The translations under genes were made by a program, and so were the position numbers. Source: an uncultured Candidatus Melainabacteria bacterium (GTDB taxonomy: Bacteria > Cyanobacteriota > Vampirovibrionia > Gastranaerophilales > Gastranaerophilaceae). From it: DNA of 64,000 nucleotides. The notes under the pieces were generated by a model that worked only from the letters and a program-made list of their open reading frames with translations, was not told where the DNA came from and made no database searches. The stretch spans positions 217,858-281,857 of the forward strand of contig CAKUZD010000002.1 in NCBI GenBank assembly GCA_934718275.1, given 5' to 3'. Below are positions 53,366-63,511 of this stretch, in pieces; position 1 is the first letter of the stretch; every line of letters starts with the position of its first letter.

Positions 53366-54415
53366 ATGATTATAATTATGGAACGTAACGCTACGAAAGT
53401 GCAAGTTCAGCGTGTCATTGATTTTTTGAAAGATAATGGTTTTGATATTCGTTTTAATCAAGGACAGGTTCATACAGTGATAGATGCGATAGGGGATAAA
53501 ACATCTGTTACTCCCGGTCGTGTAGCGGCTTTTGAAGGTGTTAAAGAAGTTAAAGTTATCAGAGAACCTTTTAGACTTGCTTCTAGGGATAGAAAACCAG
53601 ATGATACGGTTATAGAATTTCATAATGGTGTAAAAATCGGTGGAAATAATAAACCTGTTATGATTGTTGGACCTTGTTCCGTTGAAGAAGATTATGACGG
53701 ACTTCTAAAAGTAGCTCTGGCTGCAAAAGAAATGGGTTGCGAATTTTTACGTGGAGGAGCATTCAAACCGAGAACTTCTCCTTATGATTTTCAAGGATAT
53801 GGAGAGAAGGCTCTGAAATATTTAAAAAGGGCAAGCGAAGAAACCGGCTTGTTAACCGTTTCCGAAGTTATGGATGCTGCGGACTTAGATATGATGTGTG
53901 ATTATGTAGATGTTTTGCAAATCGGAGCAAGAAATGTTCAAAACTTTAAGCTTTTACAGGCAGTTGGAAAATGTAGAAAACCTGTTATTTTAAAACGAGG
54001 ATTAGCAAGCACGATACGAGAATTTTTGCTTGCTGCGGAACATATTTTGTATAATGGAAATCCCAATGTAATTCTTTGTGAAAGAGGGATAAGAAGCTTT
54101 GATAGCGCATTTACACGTAACGTTATGGATATTGCATCAATTCCTGTTATCAAAAAATATTCTCACCTGCCGATAATTGTTGATCCTAGCCATGGGACAG
54201 GGCAAAGATATTTGATTGAACCTATGGCAAAAGCCGGTTTAGTTGTCGGTGCTGATGGTGTTATGATGGAAATTCACCATGATCCTGAAAATGCTTTGTC
54301 AGATGGAAAACAAAGTTTGCCGTTGCCAATGTTCAAAGAGGTTATGGGTAGAATTAACAAGTTCAATGACAGTTTGCATTACGAAAAAACTTGTCTGTCT
54401 GCAAATGTAGGATAA
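53366..54415 (+). CDS. aroF: 3-deoxy-7-phosphoheptulonate (DAHP) synthase, type I-beta with N-terminal regulatory domain
   Basis: GGAG RBS followed by ATG 53366. [32 protein letters not shown]. Confidence 0.85.
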   Translation: MIIIMERNATKVQVQRVIDFLKDNGFDIRFNQGQVHTVIDAIGDKTSVTPGRVAAFEGVKEVKVIREPFRLASRDRKPDDTVIEFHNGVKIGGNNKPVMIVGPCSVEEDYDGLLKVALAAKEMGCEFLRGGAFKPRTSPYDFQGYGEKALKYLKRASEETGLLTVSEVMDAADLDMMCDYVDVLQIGARNVQNFKLLQAVGKCRKPVILKRGLASTIREFLLAAEHILYNGNPNVILCERGIRSFDSAFTRNVMDIASIPVIKKYSHLPIIVDPSHGTGQRYLIEPMAKAGLVVGADGVMMEIHHDPENALSDGKQSLPLPMFKEVMGRINKFNDSLHYEKTCLSANVG

Positions 54416-54424
54416 GTGCTACGC

Positions 54425-54530
54425 ACGTAATTTCAAACTATTCCCCTCGCTCCAACGGTGAGAGGGTAGAATTTGTTAATGAGCAAAAACTTCCAAATTC
54501 GGGTGAGGGGTAAAAACTTCCTTGTAAAGT
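54425..54530. repeat. repeat module (R5), purine-flanked hairpin family
   Basis: cccctcgctccaacggtgagagggta-gaatttg...caaattc-gggtgagggg. Confidence 0.65.
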
Positions 54531-54581
54531 GAGTGGGATTGCTTGCGGTGAAAGAATTGATTATTGTTTTGCACATTTTTT

Positions 54582-56375
54582 TTACGCGTTTCTTTGGAAA
54601 AATCCTGCAATTTCTTTGTGTGGAAAGAATTTTACAACCGGACGTCCATGCGGACAAGTGTATGGCATTTTGGTTGTTCGCCATTTTTTTACAATTTCTT
54701 GCATTTGCCAAGTTGAAAGCTTCTGACCTGCTTTTACGGAAGCTTTACAAGCTGTGGTGATTAAAATGTGTTCCTCTAGTCTGTCAATATTTCCTTCTAT
54801 ATTTTCTAAAATATCGGCAAGAATTTCTTTAGGATTAACTTTTGCTATCATTTGAGGAACTTTTCTGAAAATAAGTTCATTTTCTTTCAAAAATTCTATA
54901 CCAAAACCAAATTTTTCAAATTTATTAATGTTTTCCTTAATTAGTTCTGCTTCGGTGCTAGAAACTGGCACAACATCCGACACGAATAACATTTGAGAAA
55001 CTATATTTTTTTCTGACATAAGTTTTTCATAAATGTATCTTTCTTCTGCAATATGTTGGTCAATAATTTCTAGTCCATCTTCTTTTTCAACAAGAATATA
55101 TGTATTTTTGTATTGCCCAATAATATTTTCTTCAGGTTCTTGCTCTTTTTCTGTCGGGATAAAAAATTTGTGTTGTTCAATTTGTTCTTCTTGTTTTTGA
55201 GAAAATTTTTCTTCTTCCTCTTGCATTAATTTGTCAGAAACATAGATAGTGTCTTCTTTTTTGTCAAAAAATATATCGCCGGAACTTTCGAGCTTTGGTT
55301 GTACAAAATCTATAACATTGTTTTGTGTATGTTGAGGAGTTTGCGAAAACTGTTGTGGGTCAAATGCTCTAGAGGATTGCCGTTCTACATAATTTGCAAG
55401 TCCTGCTTGAATTGATGTGAAAATAAAGTTAAAAATTTGGTTTGTATTTTTGTACCGAACTTCTTTTTTGGTCGGGTGAACATTTACGTCAACATCTGCA
55501 GGTGGAAGTTCCAAATTTAACACAACAAAAGGATATTTGCCATTTGCAATCAAACTTTTATATGCAGTGTCGATAGCCTTTTGAAAAACCGGGCATTTAA
55601 CGGTTCTCCCGTTTATATAAATATGATACCCTTTTTTGCTTGAACGCGTATAGTTTGGTGTGCTTACATATCCGCTGATTTTTAACCCTGCAAGTTGGTC
55701 TGTTTTTAGAACTTCTTTTAAATTTGAAATTATATCTGCAGAATAAACCTCTTTTACTGTTTGTAAAAGATTATTTTGTCCTGATGTTTTTAAGACGGTT
55801 TTTCCATTTTTTTTCAATTCTAAAGAACATTCAGGATGGGCTAAGGCGATTGACTGGACAAGTTCTTGAATATAAGAAAATTCAGTGTTTGAACTTTTTA
55901 AAAATTTCAAACGAGCAGGAATATTATAAAATAAATCCTTTATATCCATAATAGTGCCGATTGCGCAACCTGTTTCAGTTTGTTTAACTTCTGAGTTTTC
56001 ACATTTAACTTTTGTTCCTGTATCAAAATCCACCGTTCTTGTTGTACAAGTTAGTTTGGAAATTGAAATTATGCTGGATAACGCTTCCCCGCGAAATCCT
56101 AGCGTATGAATATTAAATAAGTCATCGTCAGTTGCTATTTTGCTTGTTGCATGTTTTGAAAAAGCAAGCATAATATCATCAGGGTATATACCGCAACCGT
56201 TATCGGCAACTCTAATATCTCTACAATCATTGTTTATTTCAATACTAACTTTGGTTGAGCCTGCATCTATAGAGTTTTCAACTAATTCCTTTACAACAGA
56301 TGCCGGTCGTTCAATTACTTCCCCCGCTGCAATTTGGTTAATTAAATGTTTTGAAAGTTGCTTTATTCTCGCCAT
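54582..56375 (-). CDS. mutL: DNA mismatch repair protein MutL (endonuclease-type)
   Basis: N-terminal IAAGEVIERPASVVKELVENSIDAG. C-terminal DQHIAEERYIYE (DQHA-x2-E-x4-E-like) and CPHGRP. Confidence 0.9.
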   Translation of the reverse strand: MARIKQLSKHLINQIAAGEVIERPASVVKELVENSIDAGSTKVSIEINNDCRDIRVADNGCGIYPDDIMLAFSKHATSKIATDDDLFNIHTLGFRGEALSSIISISKLTCTTRTVDFDTGTKVKCENSEVKQTETGCAIGTIMDIKDLFYNIPARLKFLKSSNTEFSYIQELVQSIALAHPECSLELKKNGKTVLKTSGQNNLLQTVKEVYSADIISNLKEVLKTDQLAGLKISGYVSTPNYTRSSKKGYHIYINGRTVKCPVFQKAIDTAYKSLIANGKYPFVVLNLELPPADVDVNVHPTKKEVRYKNTNQIFNFIFTSIQAGLANYVERQSSRAFDPQQFSQTPQHTQNNVIDFVQPKLESSGDIFFDKKEDTIYVSDKLMQEEEEKFSQKQEEQIEQHKFFIPTEKEQEPEENIIGQYKNTYILVEKEDGLEIIDQHIAEERYIYEKLMSEKNIVSQMLFVSDVVPVSSTEAELIKENINKFEKFGFGIEFLKENELIFRKVPQMIAKVNPKEILADILENIEGNIDRLEEHILITTACKASVKAGQKLSTWQMQEIVKKWRTTKMPYTCPHGRPVVKFFPHKEIAGFFQRNA

Positions 56376-56531
56376 AACATAAATCTCTCAATCCTTTTCT
56401 CAATCTACATCAAACACAAATTCATATAAATGTTTGATTACAAATTTGAAACATTTTTATAAGATGGTATGGCAATAGGATGATAAGACAATAAATAATT
56501 AGAAAATTTTTAAGATAGGGAGATTAAGGAC

Positions 56532-57404
56532 TTGGCAAGAGTTAGAACTAATACAAAATTAAAACCGTCAAAAAAAGCTGATTTGCAGGTGGTAAAACCT
56601 GTCAAAACTACTCGTTACAGTGATATTGACTTGAATAATTGGAAAGCTTACGACCACATAAAAACTGATACATTGTGGGAATTTCCGACAAGATTAAAAG
56701 AAGGCGGACATTCTAACGAATACCATGGTAATTATATCCCTCAAATTGCTCAGCAATTATATGAAAGATTTACAAAGAAAAATGATGTTGTACTAGATTT
56801 GTTCTTTGGCTCCGGTACATCAGGAATTGAAGCAATTAATATGGGTAGACGTTGCATAGGCGTTGAGTTGAAGGATGAGCTTGCAGAAAGTGTTTCTCAA
56901 AAATTTACTCCAAAACAACTTGTTACAGATGTTCGTATTATCTGTGCAGATTCAGCATCAGAAGAAATGAGAGAAAAAGTTCAAGCAAGTTTAGATATTA
57001 TGAGAGAAGAAAAAGCTCAATTCTTAATTCTTCACCCTCCTTATGATGATATAATCAAGTTTTCTGATAAAAAAGAAGATTTGTCTAATTGTGCAACAAC
57101 AGAAGAATTCTATGACTTGTTTGCTAAAGTTGCAAAAAATGGCTATGATATGTTAGAAAAAGGGCGTTTTGCGGCTCTTATTATTGGTGATAGCTATAAA
57201 AATTCAGAAGTTCAACCGCTAGGTTTTGAATGTATGGCGCGTATGATGTCATTAGGCTTTAAGCTAAAAGGTATAATTGTAAAAGATATTCAAGGCAACG
57301 AACGAGCTAAAGGTAAAACAGCAAACTTGTGGCGTTATAGAGCATTAGCAGGCGGATTTTTTATCTTTAAACACGAATATGTTATGATTTTTGAAAAGAA
57401 ATAA
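56532..57404 (+). CDS. N6/N4-type DNA methyltransferase (permuted motif order)
   Basis: TTG start. WEFPT, VLDLFFGSGTSGIEA (SAM motif I) then ILHPPYDD (motif IV). No other in-frame start is available. Confidence 0.75.
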   Translation: MARVRTNTKLKPSKKADLQVVKPVKTTRYSDIDLNNWKAYDHIKTDTLWEFPTRLKEGGHSNEYHGNYIPQIAQQLYERFTKKNDVVLDLFFGSGTSGIEAINMGRRCIGVELKDELAESVSQKFTPKQLVTDVRIICADSASEEMREKVQASLDIMREEKAQFLILHPPYDDIIKFSDKKEDLSNCATTEEFYDLFAKVAKNGYDMLEKGRFAALIIGDSYKNSEVQPLGFECMARMMSLGFKLKGIIVKDIQGNERAKGKTANLWRYRALAGGFFIFKHEYVMIFEKK

Positions 57405-57447
57405 TGTTTTTATTACTCTTGTAACATATCGTAAATAATGATTGTTT

Positions 57448-57482
57448 ATTCATCGGTTTAATTTATAATTAAACCGATGAAT
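57448..57482 (+). promoter_or_regulatory. perfect 15-bp hairpin enclosing the start codon of the downstream gene
   Basis: attcatcggtttaat-ttata-attaaaccgatgaat. ATG 57477-57479 lies in the 3' arm. Confidence 0.45.
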
Positions 57483-58148
57483 TCTTATTCTATAAATAGT
57501 GCATATTATTCACAATCATTCGGAACCGTACAAAACAAGTCGGTTTCAAAACATCGTGTTAGAACTTATAACAGAGATATTTCAAAAGCAGATAAAACGA
57601 AAGCTTTAATTGGTTCTACCATTGGTACTGTTTTACCAATTTTGTTTATGATGAAAAAGCAAGGAGTAAAAAATCCTTTAAAGTTAAAATATGGAATGTG
57701 GGATATGATAGGAGTTTCTGCAGGTTCTATTGTTGGTGGTGTTGGCGCAGGGTTAATAGCTGAGGATAAAAAAGTTCAGAAAAATAGATTGAAAGAGGGC
57801 TTATTTCAATTTATGAATGCATCTATTCCTACTTGGATTGTTGGAGGAGTGGTTAGTCTTTGTGAAAATAGCAAAAAATACAATAATAAAAGAAATAAAA
57901 TTTTATCAGTAGTTGGTGGGCTTTTGGTCGGAATGTATGGAGCTGCAGCCTTATCAAATGTTATAGTTGACCCTAAAGACAAGCATCCGGATAGAAAACT
58001 TTCATTTAAAGATGCATTAGCCAATATTGATGATGGTATTGGCGCTTTAGCATTAGCTAAAATTCCAATAGTCGAAAAATTAAATATAGGTAGATTTTTG
58101 CCAATAATATATGCAGCTTGTGGCTATAGAGCAGGACAAAGTAACTAA
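57477..58148 (+). CDS. hypothetical membrane protein (223 aa)
   Basis: Four or five hydrophobic Gly-rich segments. No recognisable family. Confidence 0.6.
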   Translation: MNSYSINSAYYSQSFGTVQNKSVSKHRVRTYNRDISKADKTKALIGSTIGTVLPILFMMKKQGVKNPLKLKYGMWDMIGVSAGSIVGGVGAGLIAEDKKVQKNRLKEGLFQFMNASIPTWIVGGVVSLCENSKKYNNKRNKILSVVGGLLVGMYGAAALSNVIVDPKDKHPDRKLSFKDALANIDDGIGALALAKIPIVEKLNIGRFLPIIYAACGYRAGQSN

Positions 58149-59590
58149 GAATTGATTGTTTTGACAATTCTTTTCATTAGCTCGCTCCAAGTTTCTCTTT
58201 CTCCCAGTCGGAAAAGTTTTACGCTATCGTACCAATCACAGTGCGTTAAGTCCATGTGCCAGCGCCAATTATAGTTGTATGGTAAAAGAATTATGCAAGG
58301 TTTTCCCATAGCTCCTGCTAAATGTGCTAAAGAAGAATCGCTTGAAATTACAAGATCAACATTTTCTAATGCTCCTGCAGTGTAAGAAAAATCTTTGAAA
58401 TCTTTGCTCAAATCTGTAATATCATACTTGTTTGCAAGTTTAGTAAATTCTTCTGCTCCCTCAAAAGTTTGTGCAGAATAGATTTTAGTATCAGGTAATT
58501 CAAACAATGGCGCAAAAGCTTCTACATTAATAACTCTGTCTGTTTCATAATAAGTGTTTCCTTGCCATTTTATGGCGATTTTAAATTTGTTATTATTAAA
58601 GTGTTTTTCTTTGAAATACTGAATTTTATCTGCAGTTGCCTTTAGATATTTGTCATGATGCATAAAGATTTCATCATTTTTCAAGCCCAAAACGTATGGA
58701 ATGCTTAAAAAAGGTAGGTGTACGTCAAAATCAGTTCTATTTTCTTCATAAAACAAGTCCATAACTTCGGTATTAGGAAAGTTATCTCTAAATAATTGTG
58801 ACAACTCTTTTTGTGGCTTGATTAAAAGTTTTTTGCAGCGTTTTTGCAATTCGGGAATGTATCTTGCAAACATAATCATATCGCCAAAACCTGCTTCATA
58901 ATAGGTATAAAGAGTTTTGTTAGAAATATCTTCGCCCTGCCAAAGCGGAGCTTTTTCTATTAAGTGCGGATAAGTAACTTTTTGTGACGTAATTGCAGTG
59001 CCTCGACAAAGACGGTTTTCAAAGTATTTTGTACCTGTTTCATAATCTTTTGTCCTGAAATACCCGAGGGACAAAAAATATAAGACCTCTTGGTCATTAG
59101 GGTTGATTTCAAGACATTTTTTGAAATATTCAATTGCTTTTTGTGGGGCATTTAAAAATAAATAAAGGCTTGCTAAGTTAAAACAAGCTTTTTCTGACTT
59201 TGGATTAAGCTCTAGAGCTTTAAGGTAAGCTTTTTCAGATTTTTTGTATTCAATATTATTTTTATAAGCAAGTGCAAGTATAAAATATATTTCAAAGCCG
59301 CAATTAACTTCTTGGCAAGCTTTTTCTAATATTTTTATTTCTGTTTCGTAATCTTTTTGAAACTCATACACTCTAGCTAAATTTTCATAAAAATATGCAT
59401 CTTTTTTTATTTCAAGAGCTTTTTTAATATATTTTTCTGCTTCATTCAATTGCTTTTGCGAAATTTTAATAAGCCCTAAAAGGTTTAAAACTTGTGCATT
59501 TTGAGGTTCTGTTTCCAAAACTTGTTTATAAACTTTTTCAGCTTCATCAAGTTTGCCCTGAGAATGTAATTTGAACGCAGTATTTAGCAT
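58145..59590 (-). CDS. TPR repeat protein with C-terminal glycosyltransferase family 9-like domain
   Basis: ATG 59590 (MLNTAFKLHSQGKLDEAEKVYKQVL). TPR units. C-terminal SSDSSLAHLAGAMGKP resembles the GT9 motif. The ORF extension to 59704 is repeat DNA. Confidence 0.75.
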   Translation of the reverse strand: MLNTAFKLHSQGKLDEAEKVYKQVLETEPQNAQVLNLLGLIKISQKQLNEAEKYIKKALEIKKDAYFYENLARVYEFQKDYETEIKILEKACQEVNCGFEIYFILALAYKNNIEYKKSEKAYLKALELNPKSEKACFNLASLYLFLNAPQKAIEYFKKCLEINPNDQEVLYFLSLGYFRTKDYETGTKYFENRLCRGTAITSQKVTYPHLIEKAPLWQGEDISNKTLYTYYEAGFGDMIMFARYIPELQKRCKKLLIKPQKELSQLFRDNFPNTEVMDLFYEENRTDFDVHLPFLSIPYVLGLKNDEIFMHHDKYLKATADKIQYFKEKHFNNNKFKIAIKWQGNTYYETDRVINVEAFAPLFELPDTKIYSAQTFEGAEEFTKLANKYDITDLSKDFKDFSYTAGALENVDLVISSDSSLAHLAGAMGKPCIILLPYNYNWRWHMDLTHCDWYDSVKLFRLGERETWSELMKRIVKTINS

Positions 59591-59630
59591 AGTTGTATTA
59601 TATCGGGGAATGAGGAAGATTGCAAGGCTA

Positions 59631-60320
59631 AAAAGTGAGAAGTGAGAAGTGAGAAGTGAAAAGACCTTATCTATGGGCAATAAGGCTTTAAGGCGATAGG
59701 GCAATAAGATTTTACAGTCATTGTGAGCGAATGCGAAACAATAATGTCGTCATTCTGAGGGCTTTGCCCGAAAGAATCCAGCTGATTAATTTCAATATTG
59801 GCGGGGTAGGTACCACCGCCCTACAAGACTAAAATGAAAAATTAGTTATCGTCATTCTGAGCGGAGCGAAGAATCTCCTAAACATCTTACCAACCATGCG
59901 ATGTTTCGGCTTCGCCTCAACATGACAAAACTTTCAGGCAGATGAGGGGCTAATGCCACGATAGCGGAATGAGCAATAACTTGTTAGTGAAATTAACAAC
60001 AAAAACAGTCATTGTTTGAGCGAAGCGAGTTTGGCTGTTTTTATATTGAACTTACTAGTTATTAGTGAATGAAGCGTGTGGATGGTTTTGTGGAACTTTT
60101 TTCACAAAAAGTTCCCGCTGTCCGCGAAGGACAACTATTTAAGGTGAGAGAATATAATTGATAGACTCTGAATCAAGTCAAGCCCCTCTCTCGTATGCGT
60201 AATTCGCGTTGCTCAAACGCCTACTCTCTCTCCCCTAAAGGGCGAGAGCACAATAATCATGGCCATTCTGAGCGGAGTGAAGAAATGGACTTCTTACTTT
60301 TCACCATTCATTTTTTACTT
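59631..60320. repeat. mosaic of short hairpin repeat modules (R2)
   Basis: Heptads at 59635-59663, 9-mer units, cattgtgagcgaatgcgaaacaatg-type hairpins, and the ~250-bp module at 59886-60133. See findings. Confidence 0.85.
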
Positions 60321-60540
60321 TAAAAATCTCCTTCAAATAAAGGATAACAATTTAAAAAAAATAGTTTATTTTAATAATGTACATCAAAGGCATGCTCAAA
60401 TTGATAAAAAACATGCCAAAAAGAGACAATATTACAAAATATTAACCAAACTTGAAGAAATGTAAAACTACCTAAAACCATGTAATCATCATGGTTTTCA
60501 GGACAAAATATAGTAGGAGGAAGGTTTAAAAATAAAAAAG

Positions 60541-60569
60541 TTGTCCACTATTGATGTATAGGGTACAAT
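60541..60569 (+). promoter_or_regulatory. candidate sigma70-type promoter for yggS-sepF
   Basis: TTGTCC (60541-60546), 17 nt, TACAAT (60564-60569), ~43 nt upstream of the yggS ATG. Confidence 0.45.
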
Positions 60570-60611
60570 TAATACTGTATTCAACTTCTTGTAAGGGTAG
60601 GATGATTATTT

Positions 60612-61274
60612 ATGCAACATACGGTTAGAGAGAATCTTTTACAAATACAGGAAGATATCGCACCTTATAAACCAAATATTATCGCAGTTACAAAATACTT
60701 TGATGATAAAGCTATTATTGAAGCTTACAATGCAGGGTTAAGGGATTTTGCCGAGTCGAGAGCGCTTGAAGCTGTTGAGAAAGTTGAAAGTTTACCGACA
60801 GATGTGAGAAATAATTCAAGATTTCATTTTATCGGACACCTTCAAACAAACAAAGTAAAGAAAGTTGTTCCGGTTTTTGACTTTATTCATTCGGTTGACT
60901 CTCTGAAGTTAGCAAAATCTATATCCGAAGAAGCAAGAGTGATTGGTAAGGTTCAAAATATTTTTGTTCAGGTGAATAATGCAAATGAAGAACAAAAGTT
61001 TGGACTTTCTCAAGAAGAAGTATTTGAAGTTTTTCCTCTGATAAAAAAACTTCCTTCAATAAATATTGTTGGAATTATGAACATGGCGCCGTTAGGAGCT
61101 TCTGAGGAAGAATTGAATAAACTTTTTGCCGGTGTTTTTGAAATAAAAACGAATTTGGAACGAAAGTTTGATTGTGAGTTGAGAGAATTGTCCATGGGGA
61201 TGAGTCAGGACTATAAAATTGCGGTTAAGCACGGTGCAACTATGTTGAGAATTGGTAGAAAACTATTTATATAA
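60612..61274 (+). CDS. yggS: YggS-family pyridoxal-phosphate homeostasis protein
   Basis: IIAVTKYF (PLP lysine), HFIGHLQTNK, LSMGMSQDY. Confidence 0.9.
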   Translation: MQHTVRENLLQIQEDIAPYKPNIIAVTKYFDDKAIIEAYNAGLRDFAESRALEAVEKVESLPTDVRNNSRFHFIGHLQTNKVKKVVPVFDFIHSVDSLKLAKSISEEARVIGKVQNIFVQVNNANEEQKFGLSQEEVFEVFPLIKKLPSINIVGIMNMAPLGASEEELNKLFAGVFEIKTNLERKFDCELRELSMGMSQDYKIAVKHGATMLRIGRKLFI

Positions 61275-61297
61275 GTAAGATAAACGGAGGAAAAACG

Positions 61298-61801
61298 GTG
61301 GCAGTAGTTACAGACAAAATTAAATCAGTAGTAGATTTTTTAGTAAAAGGATTTGAACCAAGAGAAACTATTTTTGATGAAATGGCTCAAGAAGCAGAAG
61401 AAGATTATCCTGTACAAGATAATTTAGCAATTGATCCGGCATATTCTTATCAACCGGTTGTAGAAAAACCAAGTGAATTAAAAGTAGTAAGCCATCCTAG
61501 TATTAATAAAGGTTATGAAGTTAAGGTTATGGAACCAAGGTCGTTTGAAGATGCTGCAACTATCGTTCAACATTTAAGAAATAGAAAAACTATCGTTTTA
61601 AACCTTCATTTGTTAGATAAAGAACAATCTCAAAGAACAATTGACTTTGTTTGTGGGGCAGCTCATGCTTTGGATGGCAAACCTCAAAAAGTTGGTGATT
61701 TAGTATTTGTATTTACTCCAAGCAACGTTACTTTGTCTGTTGACGTTACTGCGAACCAAAATAAATTTAATGACTCATTGTGGAGAGCTCCTTTACAGTA
61801 A
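61298..61801 (+). CDS. sepF: cell division protein SepF
   Basis: GTG start after GGAGG RBS. VMEPRSFEDAATIVQHLRNRKTIVLNLHLLDKEQSQRTIDFVCGAAHALDG. Confidence 0.9.
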   Translation: MAVVTDKIKSVVDFLVKGFEPRETIFDEMAQEAEEDYPVQDNLAIDPAYSYQPVVEKPSELKVVSHPSINKGYEVKVMEPRSFEDAATIVQHLRNRKTIVLNLHLLDKEQSQRTIDFVCGAAHALDGKPQKVGDLVFVFTPSNVTLSVDVTANQNKFNDSLWRAPLQ

Positions 61802-61856
61802 TTATCAGAATTCACAATAGAGTTAATAAAAATGAGAAAGAGAGATAGTTGAATTG

Positions 61857-61887
61857 AGACACGCCCCCCGTGTCTCTTTTTTTTTAG
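61857..61887 (+). terminator. rho-independent terminator after sepF
   Basis: gagacacg-cccc-cgtgtctc stem followed by a T9 run. Confidence 0.85.
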
Positions 61888-61901
61888 GCTTTTTATGTTT
61901 G

Positions 61902-62660
61902 GGGGGGGGGAAGGAAGGTTATGTCATGTTGAGGTGAAGTCGAAACATCGCATGGATGGAAAGATATTCAGTAGATTCTTCGCTCTGCTCAGAATGACGA
62001 TAACTAATTTTTCATTTTAGTCTTGTAGGGCGGTGGCACTGCCCCGCCAATATTGAAATTAATCAGCTGGATTCTTTCGGGCAAAGCCCTCAGAATGACA
62101 TCATTATTGTTTCGCATTCGCTCACAATGACTGTAACTATAATGTTCTCGCCCCTTGAGGGAGAGAAGAAATTTCTTAGCGAATAATTTGAGCTTAGAAA
62201 TTTCAGAGAGGGGGTTGTGGTAATAACCTTCTTATTTCCTTATAATTGGTTGTCCTTCGCGGACAGCGGGAACTTTTTGTGAAAAAAGTTCCACAAAACC
62301 ATCCACACGCTTCATTCACTAATAACTGGTAAGTTCAATAAGAAAACGGTCAAACTCGCTTCGCTCAAACAATGACTGTTTTTGTCGTTAATTTCACTAA
62401 CAAGTTATTGCTCATTCCGCTATCGTGGCATTAGCCCCTCATCTGCCTGAAAGTTTTGTCATGTTGAAGCGAAGCAGAAACATCGCATGGTTGGAGAATT
62501 TAAGACCTCACCCTACCATGCTTGGTTGTTCGCGTTTAACGGGTCTATACAGTCTTGCACTTTTGCAAGCCTGTTCGCCCTCAGTTCACAATCCGCCTCA
62601 GAATGACTTTTCTGTAATCACTTATTGCCTGGTGTCTTAACGTCTTATTGCTTTAACAGT
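61902..62660. repeat. mosaic of short hairpin repeat modules (R3), starts with a G10 tract
   Basis: G10 at 61902-61911. Contains the modules of R2 in inverted orientation and shuffled order, including the ~250-bp module at 62251-62497. Confidence 0.85.
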
Positions 62661-62716
62661 TATTGAATTTATATGATTTTCTTGCTCCGAGTTGTGGATT
62701 ATGCTATAAATAAGCT

Positions 62717-63511
62717 ATGGATAATTTTGCAATTTGTTATAATCAAGAAATATTGCATTCTGTAGAAGTAAAGGATAAACTTGCTAAAATTCTTGCAGAT
62801 AAAGGTATTGCGGCGAAGGTTTTGAATATTGATAACTTGAAAGACGGATTTGATTTTGTTTTTGTGATTGGCGGTGATGGAACAATTTTAAAAATAGCTA
62901 GGTTTTATGCAAAGTATAAAACACCTGTTTTTGGGATAAATTTAGGGCGTCTGGGTTTTTTGTCGCAATCTTCAAAAGAAGAAATAGAAAACTCTGTAAA
63001 GAAAATTCTAAACGGAAATTTTGTTATAGAAGACAGAATTATGTTAGAAAGTGGTGAATATACTGCTTTAAATGATTTTGTGATAAAAGGTTGTGATTTG
63101 GGTAGAACTTCAAGGTTTTCACTTAAAATTAACGGAAAATTTGTTTGTGACTATTTAGCGGATGGGGTAATTATTTCAACTCCTACCGGTTCAACTGCTT
63201 ATGGTTTGTCTGCTGGTGGCCCTGTTTTGGCACCGGCCTTAAAAGCTTTTGTTATAGTTCCAATTTGTCCACATACTTTGACCGCTCGGCCTATTGTGGT
63301 GCCGGATACCGAAGAAATTACTGTGTGCACGGATAAAAAAATGCAATATGTATTATCAACCGATGGGCAAGAACTTTATGAATTTGATAATGAAGTAAAA
63401 ATAAAAAAGGCTTTATATCCTGCTAGATTAGCTCTTTTAAAAGGAACTGAATTCTATTCCGTATTGCAGAGTAAATTACATTGGGCTATGCCTCCTGCGT
63501 ATGCTAAATAG
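62717..63511 (+). CDS. nadK: NAD kinase
   Basis: FVFVIGGDGTILK, GINLGRLGFL, TPTGSTAYGLSAGGP. Confidence 0.9.
   Translation: MDNFAICYNQEILHSVEVKDKLAKILADKGIAAKVLNIDNLKDGFDFVFVIGGDGTILKIARFYAKYKTPVFGINLGRLGFLSQSSKEEIENSVKKILNGNFVIEDRIMLESGEYTALNDFVIKGCDLGRTSRFSLKINGKFVCDYLADGVIISTPTGSTAYGLSAGGPVLAPALKAFVIVPICPHTLTARPIVVPDTEEITVCTDKKMQYVLSTDGQELYEFDNEVKIKKALYPARLALLKGTEFYSVLQSKLHWAMPPAYAK

Noticed and set aside
56532-58148. Restriction-modification system
   Set aside because: Only the methyltransferase is recognisable. The adjacent 223-aa ORF is a Gly-rich multi-TM protein with no nuclease motif.
60259-60465. 68-aa ORF, and similar ORFs at 62425-62640, 54433-54760 and 33150-33392
   Set aside because: They lie entirely or largely in repeat DNA or antisense to real genes, lack an RBS, and their translations are just repeat read-through.
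59631-62660. Repeat-dense regions (also 33366-33790) as CRISPR arrays
   Set aside because: There is no single repeat recurring at a fixed period with unique spacers. The regions are mosaics of different palindromic modules, partly in inverted orientation, and no cas genes are in the window.
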